64,000 nt of DNA from a virus: the IMG/VR virus record IMGVR_UViG_3300034161_000008, positions 41,369-105,368 of that record. One strand, given 5' to 3'. The notes below the pieces were generated by a model. The model was not told the DNA's origin. It made no database searches and was given only the letters and a program-made list of their open reading frames with translations. A program made the position numbers and the translations under genes. Positions 28,134-38,320 of this stretch are shown here, in pieces; the stretch's first letter is position 1, and each line of letters opens with the position of its first letter.

Positions 28134-29729
28134 CTACGAAACGATTCGCAAGTTAGAGTAAACCCCTGCCCAAATCCCTTTGTCCTCTCCAGCCTCCACC
28201 ACAGTTGCGTAGCGGAAAGATGTAGGCGACTCAAGCCAAGAAACAATCTTGACCTGTGGCTTCAAGCCTTCCAAACGTTTCAAAGCATTCCTGTCGAGTA
28301 AGTCGATCCCCAACGTTAGAGTCACTTTAGCGGACTTCGTGTCCTGGCCAACACCGTAAAGCGCCTCTGTTGGCAGAGACGCAAAGCCAACGTTGTACTC
28401 AGACTTCAGGGTTTGGATTGCTTCTATTTCCTCTCCCCCGCCTTTGATCTTCTTCGTTTTAAGGGTCGTCTCATAGAGAATAGACGTCAAATCTGTCGAA
28501 ACGATCGACGGGTCACCCGCCAGATACAAATCGAGGATATCGGCCAGTTGAGACAACGACTCGACAGCACGCACAGCCAGGCGAGGTGGGTTCAGTTCCC
28601 GTGCCAGTGGTTCCAGCGGGTCCATGCCAAACAGATCCAAACGGAACAGCTTCGGATAGTTCAGAACGTTCTCGCCCCACTCAGTCAGCTCTTTGTGAGT
28701 CTGAGCTTTGAACACCTGATCCAGACGCAACATTACAATCGTGTCACGCTCGTTGGCATTCTTGATCTGGAAGTTGCGCACCAGCTCAATTGCAGGATCT
28801 GGAGTAGCCAGCTTGACCACCGAGAACGCACCGTCGGACATGCGCTTGCCCAACAGGTCGTCTTCCTTACCATGGTCGCCCATGTAATAGAAGCCAGGCT
28901 CGTTGTACGCGGCAAGCGTATTGAAGTAGCAACGACGATTCGCCAACATGGCGTTCTTTTCGGTGTCGTACTTCCAGTAGCCGTCAGCAGTGGTGACTTT
29001 GATCTGCTGTTCCTGAATGCCTTTCTTGGACAGGATCACGCCGTAAGAAGCGTAGTTGTCCGCGATGGTGTTGCCCAGGTTGTCGTTATGCCCACGCACC
29101 CAATCGAAACGAATCTTGATGCCACGACCATTAAGAGTATCGCGAGCAGCCAGAAGTTCCTTCCAGTATTCCACGTTGGCCACTGGTTGTTGGTCAGCCT
29201 TGATCCAGCCTGCCTTTTCCCAACGATCAACTTGACCGGTAGTAAGGTTCTTCTGAACGTACTCGGAGTCCGTCAGAATCTGGACGCTAGTAACGTCATA
29301 TTCCAGTGCGTGCAACAGAGCCCGCGTCGTCGACGTGAGTTCTGCGATGTTGTTCGTGACTTCCCCTGGAAAGCTACCCCAGCCATCGATGTAATGGATT
29401 GGAGTAATTTGCAACAGAGGCTCGCCATTCGAAACGAAGGTGTTCGCAACCACTTTGGTTACGTAACCTTCCGCCGTCAGGATATGGTCTTGGTTACCAG
29501 TGCCTTTCTTTGGAGCTGCCGAGGAGAACATGTAACCATGCAGACCCCACCCACCGCTACCGCGAGATGGTTTACAACCACCGTCGGTGTACAGCACCAG
29601 ACCCTGAACGATCGGCGGACCTTTAAGGATCTCATCAATCTCCTTGGTACTGAACTGCGGCAGAAGAGGAATATGTGGATGTCGGGGTTGTACAACAATC
29701 TCACTCCCCGGTACGATAAGCTTTGCCAT
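28134..29729 (-). CDS. rnhA: Ribonuclease HI with long C-terminal extension, phiKZ gp155-like
   Basis: YTDGGC, TNNIAEL, TDSEYV, WVRGHNDNLGNTIADNYA (complete D-E-D-D site). Confidence 0.92.
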   Translation of the reverse strand: MAKLIVPGSEIVVQPRHPHIPLLPQFSTKEIDEILKGPPIVQGLVLYTDGGCKPSRGSGGWGLHGYMFSSAAPKKGTGNQDHILTAEGYVTKVVANTFVSNGEPLLQITPIHYIDGWGSFPGEVTNNIAELTSTTRALLHALEYDVTSVQILTDSEYVQKNLTTGQVDRWEKAGWIKADQQPVANVEYWKELLAARDTLNGRGIKIRFDWVRGHNDNLGNTIADNYASYGVILSKKGIQEQQIKVTTADGYWKYDTEKNAMLANRRCYFNTLAAYNEPGFYYMGDHGKEDDLLGKRMSDGAFSVVKLATPDPAIELVRNFQIKNANERDTIVMLRLDQVFKAQTHKELTEWGENVLNYPKLFRLDLFGMDPLEPLARELNPPRLAVRAVESLSQLADILDLYLAGDPSIVSTDLTSILYETTLKTKKIKGGGEEIEAIQTLKSEYNVGFASLPTEALYGVGQDTKSAKVTLTLGIDLLDRNALKRLEGLKPQVKIVSWLESPTSFRYATVVEAGEDKGIWAGVYSNLRIVS

Positions 29730-29781
29730 TTTAAGACCCTTTGGATCGCGTATTCAAAAGATCTGTCGGTCCAATAAAGAC

Positions 29782-30252
29782 TTACTTTTCTTTCTCAGCG
29801 TTGCAGTTTTTGATGTAGTCGTCGTAGCTCTGACGCATCTGACGACGGATGCTGATCGTGTACTGTCGCACTTCACCGAGGTGCTTCATCACAATCATGT
29901 CGATCTTGCGATCTTCTTCATCACTCACACCGCGCGGGGGTAGTGTGGGTAATTCAGGCATCGGTTGGAATATGGGCATGTTGTAAATCGGACAGCCCTT
30001 CTTACTTGTCGCTGGTGTCGGGCTTGGAATCGGGGGCGTGGGTAGCACCGATTGGGCAGGCGACATAAATGGTACGGCGGAGGCCTCGGATTGTTTCCAA
30101 CCGTTGGGACCCCGCTCGTACACGACAACGATGCGAGAAGCACCGGATTGATCATTGACTGAAGGGATGTCGAGACGCAAACCCCCGGAATCATTAGTAG
30201 CGCAGGCGGGCAGCAAAAGCAGCACCGCCATGCTCAAGTGTCTCAACTTCAT
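29782..30252 (-). CDS. Lipoprotein, o-spanin-like
   Basis: Signal peptide MKLRHLSMAVLLLLPA-C, Pro-rich middle, C-terminal helix with Cys. Confidence 0.6.
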   Translation of the reverse strand: MKLRHLSMAVLLLLPACATNDSGGLRLDIPSVNDQSGASRIVVVYERGPNGWKQSEASAVPFMSPAQSVLPTPPIPSPTPATSKKGCPIYNMPIFQPMPELPTLPPRGVSDEEDRKIDMIVMKHLGEVRQYTISIRRQMRQSYDDYIKNCNAEKEK

Positions 30253-30767
30253 TGGTTCTCATCCTTACGCATTTTCTCAAGCAGGTCGCGTACGGAGTCG
30301 TAACGAGTACCTTTAGGGCCTGATGGGTTAGAGACAGCACCGCTAGCAGAACCTGGAGTACACCGAGCCAGCGCTACCGCCAGTTCGTTGTTGGTTTCCA
30401 GCAGCAGTTTGTTACGCCCGATCAAATCCGTAAGCCGGGACTCCTTCGATGTAATCGTTGCTTGCTGCTCGTCAATGGTTTTGTCATCGTCGAGAGCATT
30501 TTGCTTGAGCTGATCGTTCAAGGCTTTAAGCCCCAAGAACTCTTTGGAATCGTCTTCCAATTTCTTGTGATCAACTTTAAGCTGGATGAACTGGGTGGAG
30601 ATGTCGAACAGGCGTGGAGTCAGCCAAATGTTCATGCCGATCGATCCGATGATCGCAAACAACAGAAACAGTCTTAACTTGTTTGTTCTCAGCGCCTGTG
30701 TCAGCGTTTTGTCACCTAGGAACATTTCCTTAAGGAAAGGCCATAGGAACCTTAGGATCGCAGACAT
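30249..30767 (-). CDS. Membrane-anchored coiled-coil protein, i-spanin-like
   Basis: Single transmembrane segment (LFLLFAIIGSIGMNIWL) then a coiled coil; ATGA overlap with the lipoprotein gene. Confidence 0.55.
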   Translation of the reverse strand: MSAILRFLWPFLKEMFLGDKTLTQALRTNKLRLFLLFAIIGSIGMNIWLTPRLFDISTQFIQLKVDHKKLEDDSKEFLGLKALNDQLKQNALDDDKTIDEQQATITSKESRLTDLIGRNKLLLETNNELAVALARCTPGSASGAVSNPSGPKGTRYDSVRDLLEKMRKDENQ

Positions 30768-30830
30768 GATTTTATACCGCCTTCATTGTATGGGCTGATT
30801 CATAAACATAACTTTGCTGAGAGTTCAGGC

Positions 30831-32135
30831 ATGTATACCCTCAATGGCTTTGTCAACGTCACGCCGCTTGCAATCAACGTGAAAGGCGTTGTTTCGCCAA
30901 TCGGTGAAATCTCTACACGCTCCCTGACCTACTCTCGCGAAGTTGGCCAGTATGCGTTGCCAGCGTACAAAGATGTCACACTGGTAACATTCCTCAGCAG
31001 TGAAGGCGACGACTTGGTCGTAGTGCCAGACGCTGTGCGGGATCAAGTTCTGAAAATCTCACAATGGTTGTGGGATCGCGCAGTTGCTGGGGCAAGTTCT
31101 AACGATCGTGATGAGATCCTATCAGATCTTTTGACTAAGTTCCAGACTGAAGCCAACACTTTTGATTGCGGTGAAGTAATCAAATCTGCTGACGCACGTT
31201 ACGCTCTGCCGGAGTGGCTGAACTGGAAGAACGTTGCCCAAGATGCTGGCGACAACTTCATCAAGGTTTACTTCGCAGACCAGTCGTTCCAGAACCAGTA
31301 CGACAAGACGTTCGTTAAACCGGTGTTCACGTTCCTGCCGGTCGACAACTTCTTCCTGGCTCCTGCTGTTGTTATTGCCGCTATTAAAGCGCGTACTAAC
31401 GCCATGCGTGCGGACATGCTGGAAACGGCAAAAGAAGGCTTCCCGGAAACCATCCAGTGGGGTGACTCGTTTGACTACGTGTCTCCTCTGGACAACAGCA
31501 AAACTCCGGCTGACTTCGAGGCGCTGATCTACGGTGCTGCCGGTAACAACATCGACACGATCAAAGACGCCATCACGACTGAGATTCTCAAAGAGTCTAC
31601 GCACACTCGTGACGAATGGGTCAAGATCCTGCCCGATCTGTTCAAGCGCACCGAAGTGATCCTGACGCCGATCTGGGACAAACTGGCCATCCCTGACAGC
31701 AACCAAGTCTCGGGTATCTACTCCCCAGTAACGCTGCTGTCTCGGGCGATGTCTGTGGTCAAGCAAACCGCTATCGGCTACGCAGCCTATCACGTTGAGC
31801 AATATGCTGAACTGACTGGCCACCCGTACAAGTCGCTGGCAATGACCGCCATCGGTGGTCCTGAGAACCGTGACGACAAGTTCCGTCTGTCCCAGTTCTT
31901 CCCCGACTACATCAACGTTGGTGCAACTACCAACGACTTCTCGCGCATGGGCAAATATACGACCGACTGGTTGTATATGCTGGCCGAGATGATGCTGATC
32001 GCTGAAAGCATGACTGCTTATAGCGACATTCCTCGGGGCATGACGCGCCTGACTCGTGAAGGGATCATGTACGTAGTCAAAAGCTACGACAAGACTCAGT
32101 ACCTGGTTGCGGCTAAGAACAACTTCGTTAGCTGA
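30831..32135 (+). CDS. Virion structural protein, phiKZ gp157-like
   Basis: About 434 aa from ATG 30831; TATG at 30789-30792 upstream; synteny. Confidence 0.6.
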   Translation: MYTLNGFVNVTPLAINVKGVVSPIGEISTRSLTYSREVGQYALPAYKDVTLVTFLSSEGDDLVVVPDAVRDQVLKISQWLWDRAVAGASSNDRDEILSDLLTKFQTEANTFDCGEVIKSADARYALPEWLNWKNVAQDAGDNFIKVYFADQSFQNQYDKTFVKPVFTFLPVDNFFLAPAVVIAAIKARTNAMRADMLETAKEGFPETIQWGDSFDYVSPLDNSKTPADFEALIYGAAGNNIDTIKDAITTEILKESTHTRDEWVKILPDLFKRTEVILTPIWDKLAIPDSNQVSGIYSPVTLLSRAMSVVKQTAIGYAAYHVEQYAELTGHPYKSLAMTAIGGPENRDDKFRLSQFFPDYINVGATTNDFSRMGKYTTDWLYMLAEMMLIAESMTAYSDIPRGMTRLTREGIMYVVKSYDKTQYLVAAKNNFVS

Positions 32136-32143
32136 GGCACAAG

Positions 32144-32758
32144 ATGGCGAACAATATTCCACCACCGGGACTCCGAGGGATTTACACGCTCCTGGAACCC
32201 TTCAAGGCAAAGCTGCTGGATAAGGTGGCCTACACCTGCGTATCGACTCGGGGCATCAACGAGCTGATCAATAGCGGCATCGACGTGTTCTCGGTGTACT
32301 ACCAGCCGAACAACATCCCTCAGGAGAAGTACAACGAAGACATCGTCAATGGAATGATGATCGTTACGTTCCAAGCGGGTGCTGGTGTTTGGTTGGATGT
32401 TCCTTCTACCTACATCGACGGCCTGCCTGATCTGAACGGGATTCCGTACAGCCCTCTGGTTGTGGCATTGCGCTTAGGCGCAGTCGCCGACAGCTCTGAC
32501 CTTTCTTACTTGCAGTCGCGTTTGGAAGGGGTGGTTAAAGAGGAGCTCGGAATCGTCGTGACTTCTGAGCTGGTGTTGGTCGGTCAGCAGACTTTGGTGT
32601 CTGATGCGGATCACAAGCTGGTTGAGGCGTCTCGCGATGTCAACAAGGCAGCAGCTGATACCGACTACTCCAAGTACCTGGCCGAGAAAACTCGAGCAGA
32701 TGCACTGGCGTTGAAGGTTACTCAGCTGGAAGACTACATCAAGTCTAAAGGCCTGTAA
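32144..32758 (+). CDS. Putative virion protein with C-terminal coiled coil
   Basis: 204 aa, GAGG RBS. Confidence 0.65.
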   Translation: MANNIPPPGLRGIYTLLEPFKAKLLDKVAYTCVSTRGINELINSGIDVFSVYYQPNNIPQEKYNEDIVNGMMIVTFQAGAGVWLDVPSTYIDGLPDLNGIPYSPLVVALRLGAVADSSDLSYLQSRLEGVVKEELGIVVTSELVLVGQQTLVSDADHKLVEASRDVNKAAADTDYSKYLAEKTRADALALKVTQLEDYIKSKGL

Positions 32759-32760
32759 GG

Positions 32761-32793
32761 GCATAGAGCCGGGGCTGGTCCCCGGCCTTATGC
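32761..32793. terminator. Bidirectional CATA-hairpin-TATG element
   Basis: gCATAga-gccgggg-ctggt-ccccggc-ctTATGc. Confidence 0.75.
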
Positions 32794-32797
32794 TGTC

Positions 32798-33655
32798 TCA
32801 CACGTTCGGAGCAGAAATCGGCGCAACCGAAGTCACTTTGCCTGCTGTGAAATTACCAGTCACTTCGCCATTACCGTTCACCAAGAAGTCACCAGTCACA
32901 GCCATGTTACCGGTCTGTGTGTAGTTACCCTTCAAGGTGAAGTTGCCGTCGAGGTTGAAGTCGCCTTTCCAGTTCGTGGTTGGGCAAGTCCAAGTCGTCG
33001 TACCGCCAGCAATGCCCGTGACGTCCTGACCTTCCATCCGAATGGTCGTGCCCTTGTAGTTCTTGGACTCGATCAACCCAGTGGCAGATTCAATGGTGAC
33101 GTAGTTGCCCAGAGAGTCAGTCACGAGGAACTTGGACTCTTTGGTGTTCAGCTGCATGTCCCACTCGTTGGGCTCGTTGTTCGCCGCCGAGGTGTGCAGA
33201 GCAACCAAACCATCGTGAGTCGAGATCTCCAGATAGTACGTGTTGGTAGCATCGGGATTGGCGGCTTCGTCACTGCTACCGGAGAATGCGTAGATCACAG
33301 TCTCCAGTTTCATCAGGTGGTCATCCAGTCCCAGCTCGGACCAGTAGTATTGCGGGTCGTTAGCGAACTGCAAGATTCGCACTTTCGTACCACGACGAAC
33401 ATCTGGTGGCATGACTCGGTTAGAGCCCTGTGGGAGCCATGTAGCTGGAACCGTACCGGTACTGGTCAGAGTTGCATCAAACGCCCTACCGTCGACGCCA
33501 AGGCCTGCAACGGCCTGTGTATCTGCGTTGTCGGTCAACTCACCGTCCAAGAACGGAGAAATCTCGCTGAGCACCACTTCCACGACTTTACTGGAGCGGG
33601 CTTTGTTGACAGCCACCACACCGATCGATACATCTTCCAATGCACTGACTTTCAT
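32798..33655 (-). CDS. Baseplate central spike (gp5/gpV-like), phiKZ gp164-like
   Basis: OB-fold-like region (ATWLP..NRVMPPDVRRG.KV) plus C-terminal beta-helix repeats (GDFNLDGNFTLKGNYTQTGNMAVTGDFLVNG). Confidence 0.8.
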   Translation of the reverse strand: MKVSALEDVSIGVVAVNKARSSKVVEVVLSEISPFLDGELTDNADTQAVAGLGVDGRAFDATLTSTGTVPATWLPQGSNRVMPPDVRRGTKVRILQFANDPQYYWSELGLDDHLMKLETVIYAFSGSSDEAANPDATNTYYLEISTHDGLVALHTSAANNEPNEWDMQLNTKESKFLVTDSLGNYVTIESATGLIESKNYKGTTIRMEGQDVTGIAGGTTTWTCPTTNWKGDFNLDGNFTLKGNYTQTGNMAVTGDFLVNGNGEVTGNFTAGKVTSVAPISAPNV

Positions 33656-33723
33656 TATAAACCCCACAAAGTTAAAAATACCTGACCTAGCTATCTTTTG
33701 CAGACTGGCTAAGGGCTAATCAA

Positions 33724-36210
33724 ATGCGTATCACTCTTTTAGAGCTGGTAGACTTTAAATGTTTGTTCAAAAGTAACATCCAACATTTCAAGTTCAAACC
33801 TTCAGAGGTCTATCAACTTATTCTCGGTACAAACGGTAGTGGTAAGTCCTCAGTAATGAGTGAACTCACCCCATGGCCATCTGATCCAAATGACTTCACC
33901 AAAGAAGGCTACAAGGCTATAGAACTAGTCGCACGAGGGTCTAAATACAGACTCACGTCAGAATTCAGAAAGAAGGTTACTCACACGTTCGAGAAGGATG
34001 GTGAGGAGCTGAATCCAGGAGGTACAACCTCCGTCCAGAAACAACTCTGTACACAACATTTCGCAGTTACTCAGGAAACACAGGACCTGTTGATGGACCG
34101 TGAGCGGTTCACCAAGATGAAGCCTGCTGAGAAACGCCAGTGGTTCACTCGACTGTCGGACACCAACTACGATTTCGCTATCGATGTCTACAACAAACTC
34201 TCCAAAGAGGGTCGAGACGTAGAAGGGGATCTGCGTCGTACCAAGTCCCGGCTGGTGACAGAGATTGAAAAGGTCATCACCAAGGAAGAGGAAGAGCGTC
34301 TAGAGATCGAAGTCAATGCACTGGACGACGAAATCAAACGCCTGCTGAGCGAACACAATCCTCGCTTCGACAAACCCCACACCTTCGCTGAGAAACGTGC
34401 CAAGCACTTGGAGAAGATCGCTCAGTTCGCACTGAAGATCCTCAAGACTCAGATCGTGGCTCCAGAAGGCTCCACAGCCAACTGCATCCAAGACATTGAC
34501 GATATTGTCTACGACCTGAACACCAAGCTTTCAATGCATGAAGGCGAGCTCAACATCCACGTCAAAACTCACGACAAGCTTGAGAAAGCTGTCAGTGCTT
34601 TGCGTCAGGCTGGTGCTGAGGGCATTACCGCTCTACGCAACAAACTCGAACCTTTGCGGGTAGAGCGTGACAGCTGGTATAAGAAACAACGCCTGCAACT
34701 GGTGATACCCAACCCGGAAGAAGCTCAACGCGCTCTGGAGACGGTATGGGACTCTCTGGAGGCATGCTTCGATGCACTGCCACCGAATGAGGATCGTCGC
34801 TACTCTCAGGGTCGTTTGGTGCAGCTTCGGGAAAGTCGTGAAGCACGAACCAAGGACATTGATCAGGGTCGCCTGAACATTGCCAAACTGGTTGCCCGTC
34901 GCGAACACATGGAGGCTCACAAAGCTCAAGCTGGTTTGACGTGCCCTAAGTGTCACCACAGTTGGGTGTCTGGTTTCAGTGACGAGCATTACGCCAAGTG
35001 TATCGCTAACATCGAGACGCTGAGCGAAGCCAACAAGTTACTGGAACAAGAAGTCAGCGAGATCGACGAACAGATCGATGGTGTCGTTAACTACGCCAAC
35101 ACCTACCGTGAGTTCACTCGCATCTCCCAGAACTGGCCTGCACTGATGCCACTGTGGGATTACTTGGCGGAAGAGAAGCTGGTTATCAACTTCCCATCCA
35201 AAGCCAAGGGCGTGTTGTCGATCTTCCAAGCTGATCTGGTCCATGCACAAAGCGCAGTGCGTTGTGAGCGTGAACTTGAAGAGATCCAGCGAATCATCTC
35301 CGCAGCTTCTGAGTCTGAAGATGAGAACTTAGAAGACGCGCTAGATGAACTGGCAACGGTTGAAGCATTGGTCCACGAGATCACTGACCGTATCCAGACC
35401 ATTCGCAAACAGATCTCTCTGTACGCTGGCTACAAATACCAACTGGCAGAAGTGGGCGAAGCGAACGTTACGATCATTCGCATGATGGAAGAGTCTCAGA
35501 CCCACACTGAGCAAGAGATAGAAGCGAGCTACCACCAACTGCTGAGTTCGATGATTTCGAACGCCACGCACACGATGGTGAAGAAGCGCGACAGTCTGCA
35601 AAACGTTCGTCAGCAACGGGCAGTCGTCCGTGCTTTGGAACAACAGATTGAAGACGCTACCGCTGACGATCAAGCGTACAAAGCGCTGATCAAAGAACTC
35701 TCGCCAAAGGAAGGTCTGATCGCAGAAGGCTTGCTCGGATTCATTCGCAATTTTACTGGACAGATGAATCATCTGATTCACAAAATCTGGACGTACCCTT
35801 TGCAAGTTCGTCCGTGCGGTGGTGAAGTCGAAGGCAGTGCTGACCTCGATTACAAGTTCCCAATGATGGTGTCCTCTAAAACGAATATCGTCCCTGACGT
35901 TAATCGTGGTTCCAGTGGGCAGCAAGAGATTGTGAACTTGGCGTTCAAGGTTGTGTCCATGCGCTATATGGGCATGGCTGACTTCCCTCTGTTCCTCGAT
36001 GAGTTTGGGGCTTCGTTTGACGAGGCTCACCGTAACAGCGCAATGGCTGTGGTCAAGACGCTGATGGAGCAGCAAAGCTTCTCTCAACTGTTTATGGTTT
36101 CTCACTACGAGGGCAACCACGGCGCACTCACTAATGCCGAAGTCATGGTGCTCTGCCCACAGAACATCACCGTACCCGCCAAATACAACCAACATGTTGA
36201 ATTGAACTAG
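33724..36210 (+). CDS. sbcC: SbcC/Rad50 SMC-family ATPase, phiKZ gp165-like
   Basis: Walker A GTNGSGKSS, coiled coil with CPKC zinc hook, signature GSSGQ, Walker B LFLDE, H-loop VSH. Confidence 0.92.
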   Translation: MRITLLELVDFKCLFKSNIQHFKFKPSEVYQLILGTNGSGKSSVMSELTPWPSDPNDFTKEGYKAIELVARGSKYRLTSEFRKKVTHTFEKDGEELNPGGTTSVQKQLCTQHFAVTQETQDLLMDRERFTKMKPAEKRQWFTRLSDTNYDFAIDVYNKLSKEGRDVEGDLRRTKSRLVTEIEKVITKEEEERLEIEVNALDDEIKRLLSEHNPRFDKPHTFAEKRAKHLEKIAQFALKILKTQIVAPEGSTANCIQDIDDIVYDLNTKLSMHEGELNIHVKTHDKLEKAVSALRQAGAEGITALRNKLEPLRVERDSWYKKQRLQLVIPNPEEAQRALETVWDSLEACFDALPPNEDRRYSQGRLVQLRESREARTKDIDQGRLNIAKLVARREHMEAHKAQAGLTCPKCHHSWVSGFSDEHYAKCIANIETLSEANKLLEQEVSEIDEQIDGVVNYANTYREFTRISQNWPALMPLWDYLAEEKLVINFPSKAKGVLSIFQADLVHAQSAVRCERELEEIQRIISAASESEDENLEDALDELATVEALVHEITDRIQTIRKQISLYAGYKYQLAEVGEANVTIIRMMEESQTHTEQEIEASYHQLLSSMISNATHTMVKKRDSLQNVRQQRAVVRALEQQIEDATADDQAYKALIKELSPKEGLIAEGLLGFIRNFTGQMNHLIHKIWTYPLQVRPCGGEVEGSADLDYKFPMMVSSKTNIVPDVNRGSSGQQEIVNLAFKVVSMRYMGMADFPLFLDEFGASFDEAHRNSAMAVVKTLMEQQSFSQLFMVSHYEGNHGALTNAEVMVLCPQNITVPAKYNQHVELN

Positions 36211-36218
36211 GAGTTGAC

Positions 36219-36971
36219 ATGAGTCACGTTGAAGACACTATCACTAAGCTGGAATCGCTGCGCCGCATCGCCGGTGCTTTGCATAACGACATCGAAGGCC
36301 TGCTGGAAGACCTGAAAGTCTCCTCGGCACCTGCGCTGATCGACACGCCGCTGGTACACACCCACGCCCCTGCTGTAGATCTTCCGTACGTTCAAGACCC
36401 GGTCAACCCAACTGGCCAAGTCCGCGATGCTTTCCATTCGGCGAAACCACCAGTCGACGATCCGAAACGCACCCTGCAACCAGTTCGCCGCGAAGCCGTC
36501 ATCCATCAAGCCGGTCGTCAACCACAACCGCTGGGCGATGCAGTTGAAGAACTGCTCAGCGCCGTTGAAGCCAATGCTGCCAGCCAGCGCGGTCCAAAGT
36601 CTCCGGGTGAAGTGCTAACTCAGTACATGTCGCCTGCAATCCTGACCGGCGGCCGTGGTTTCGTACAGCCCGGTGCCAGTGGTCTGAAACGTTATCGCGA
36701 AACGCTGCTGAACAACGATGACCTCAAACCCGACGAACTGGTAACCTACCCTGACGGTTTCTACTCCGCCGACCCACAAGGTCAAGACGAGTTCTTCATC
36801 AAGACCCCGAACTTCATGGTTCTGGTCCACGGCCTGCGTAGCACTCCTGGTCTGCTAGTGTTCCTGCGCAGCAGCATGGGTGAAGCGGTTGATCAGGGTT
36901 CTCTGTCCCTGGGCGAGCGTCTGCAACTGTCGCAAGAGCTGGACGTCGTTCTGTCATCCCTGCCGGAATAA
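36219..36971 (+). CDS. Hypothetical protein
   Basis: 250 aa, AGGAG RBS. Confidence 0.75.
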   Translation: MSHVEDTITKLESLRRIAGALHNDIEGLLEDLKVSSAPALIDTPLVHTHAPAVDLPYVQDPVNPTGQVRDAFHSAKPPVDDPKRTLQPVRREAVIHQAGRQPQPLGDAVEELLSAVEANAASQRGPKSPGEVLTQYMSPAILTGGRGFVQPGASGLKRYRETLLNNDDLKPDELVTYPDGFYSADPQGQDEFFIKTPNFMVLVHGLRSTPGLLVFLRSSMGEAVDQGSLSLGERLQLSQELDVVLSSLPE

Positions 36972-36972
36972 G

Positions 36973-37010
36973 GCATAGAGCCCCAGCCCTAAAAAGGCTG
37001 GGGCTTATGA
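36973..37010. terminator. Bidirectional CATA-hairpin-TATG element
   Basis: gCATAg-agccccagcc-ctaaaaa-ggctggggct-TATGa. Confidence 0.75.
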
Positions 37011-37012
37011 CG

Positions 37013-38245
37013 TCAAACGTCTTTGCAGATCTTCATGAAGAAGGCTGGCGAGATTTCGTCTGGCCGGTACGGGTAGCGGCTGTTGTCGATGTTGCGCTGA
37101 GCCATTGCGTCTACAGTTTGGAAGTTGTAGTTCGGGATCAGCGATTCCTGAATGTGAACAGACCACTGGGTGTCTTCGTAGACGTACCAGTATTCAGAGA
37201 TCTTACCGAAGCCCACCCGCAACGGCCAAATAGGAGGCACGTGTGAAACGTACATCCCCGGCAACTGAGCGTTCTCAAGCTTGGACAGCTCAACGTACAG
37301 ATCGTTGGTATCCACCACCACAAAGAAGCTCTGTGGTAGGGTGGCGTATGCCTCGATGAAAGCATCGGACTTCAGATCAGCAACCGAGAGTTCAAACTTG
37401 TTGCGCTCATTCTTCTCGTATGGCAGCGAGGAGAAGTCCAGAAACGGTTCCGACTCGTAGAAGCGCTTAGCCATCGGATAGTTCTGGAAGTCGATGCAAT
37501 ACTGGTGATCGCCCACTCGGTAGTAGGTGTTGTCCAGTACGTGCAGATAACCACCCAACACCAACAGCATCGTGCGATCACCAATGTCTTTGCCGATGTC
37601 GATGTACGTCTGTTGCGAGTACAGTCCGTCCGGCGACTGTTTATAGAGCATTTCCTTGGTGATAGGAATCAGCTCCAGTTCACCGACTTCACGGAAACTG
37701 TGGACGCCCACTTGAGCTTCCAAAGACTTCTGGCGAGAGACATCACCTTTCATTACACGAATGCCTTTGTAAGCTTTGTCCGTGACGTGAAAGAAGCCGT
37801 TGACCGAAACCAGACAGTTCTTAACGAACAGATCAACATCCAGTCCGGACTTGGTCAGATACAACGAAGTCTTGGCACCCGGTGGCAGTTCCGTGTCCGG
37901 CGCGAACAGGTCGTGGATCGGCGCTACGGTGTAACCTGCGTGGAATGCATCGGCGTAACGAACGAACGTCGTGTCGATCTTTGGGATCGTGTCAGACGTC
38001 GGTAAAGTGAGGTTGCCGTTGGTGACCAGCCAGTCGGAAAACGTTACATCCAGAGTGCCCACTTTATCCCGAATGTCGGCAAAATCCAAAGACACTGGAG
38101 CGTCCAGAAAACTGTTGGTTAGAACAGCGAAGACTTTGGAATAAAGAGAGTAAATTTGGATGAAGGTAAGTGCCGAAAGATCAAGGTCTTGCCACCGGGT
38201 CTCCCCGTCGATTGGTTTGGCGATTGCGGAGACAAGCTGGTACAT
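37013..38245 (-). CDS. Putative virion/baseplate structural protein
   Basis: 410 aa, beta-rich, with repeated (S/L)V(N/L)G(F/G).H motifs; divergent from the tail fibre genes. Confidence 0.6.
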   Translation of the reverse strand: MYQLVSAIAKPIDGETRWQDLDLSALTFIQIYSLYSKVFAVLTNSFLDAPVSLDFADIRDKVGTLDVTFSDWLVTNGNLTLPTSDTIPKIDTTFVRYADAFHAGYTVAPIHDLFAPDTELPPGAKTSLYLTKSGLDVDLFVKNCLVSVNGFFHVTDKAYKGIRVMKGDVSRQKSLEAQVGVHSFREVGELELIPITKEMLYKQSPDGLYSQQTYIDIGKDIGDRTMLLVLGGYLHVLDNTYYRVGDHQYCIDFQNYPMAKRFYESEPFLDFSSLPYEKNERNKFELSVADLKSDAFIEAYATLPQSFFVVVDTNDLYVELSKLENAQLPGMYVSHVPPIWPLRVGFGKISEYWYVYEDTQWSVHIQESLIPNYNFQTVDAMAQRNIDNSRYPYRPDEISPAFFMKICKDV

Positions 38246-38320
38246 GGGCCTTCCCTATATGCTATGGTCGGTAGGAATTTATCGCGGAGTCTATACCATT
38301 ACAGCCTAGGAGCCATCACA

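Noticed and set aside
25372..29777. 443-aa and 454-aa + strand ORFs opposite uvsX and RNase H
   Set aside because: Antisense shadows of well-supported genes
38156..38320. N-terminal extension of tail fibre 1 in the ORF track
   Set aside because: Overlaps the divergent gene; AGGAG RBS supports ATG 38321, which aligns with the paralog's N-terminus
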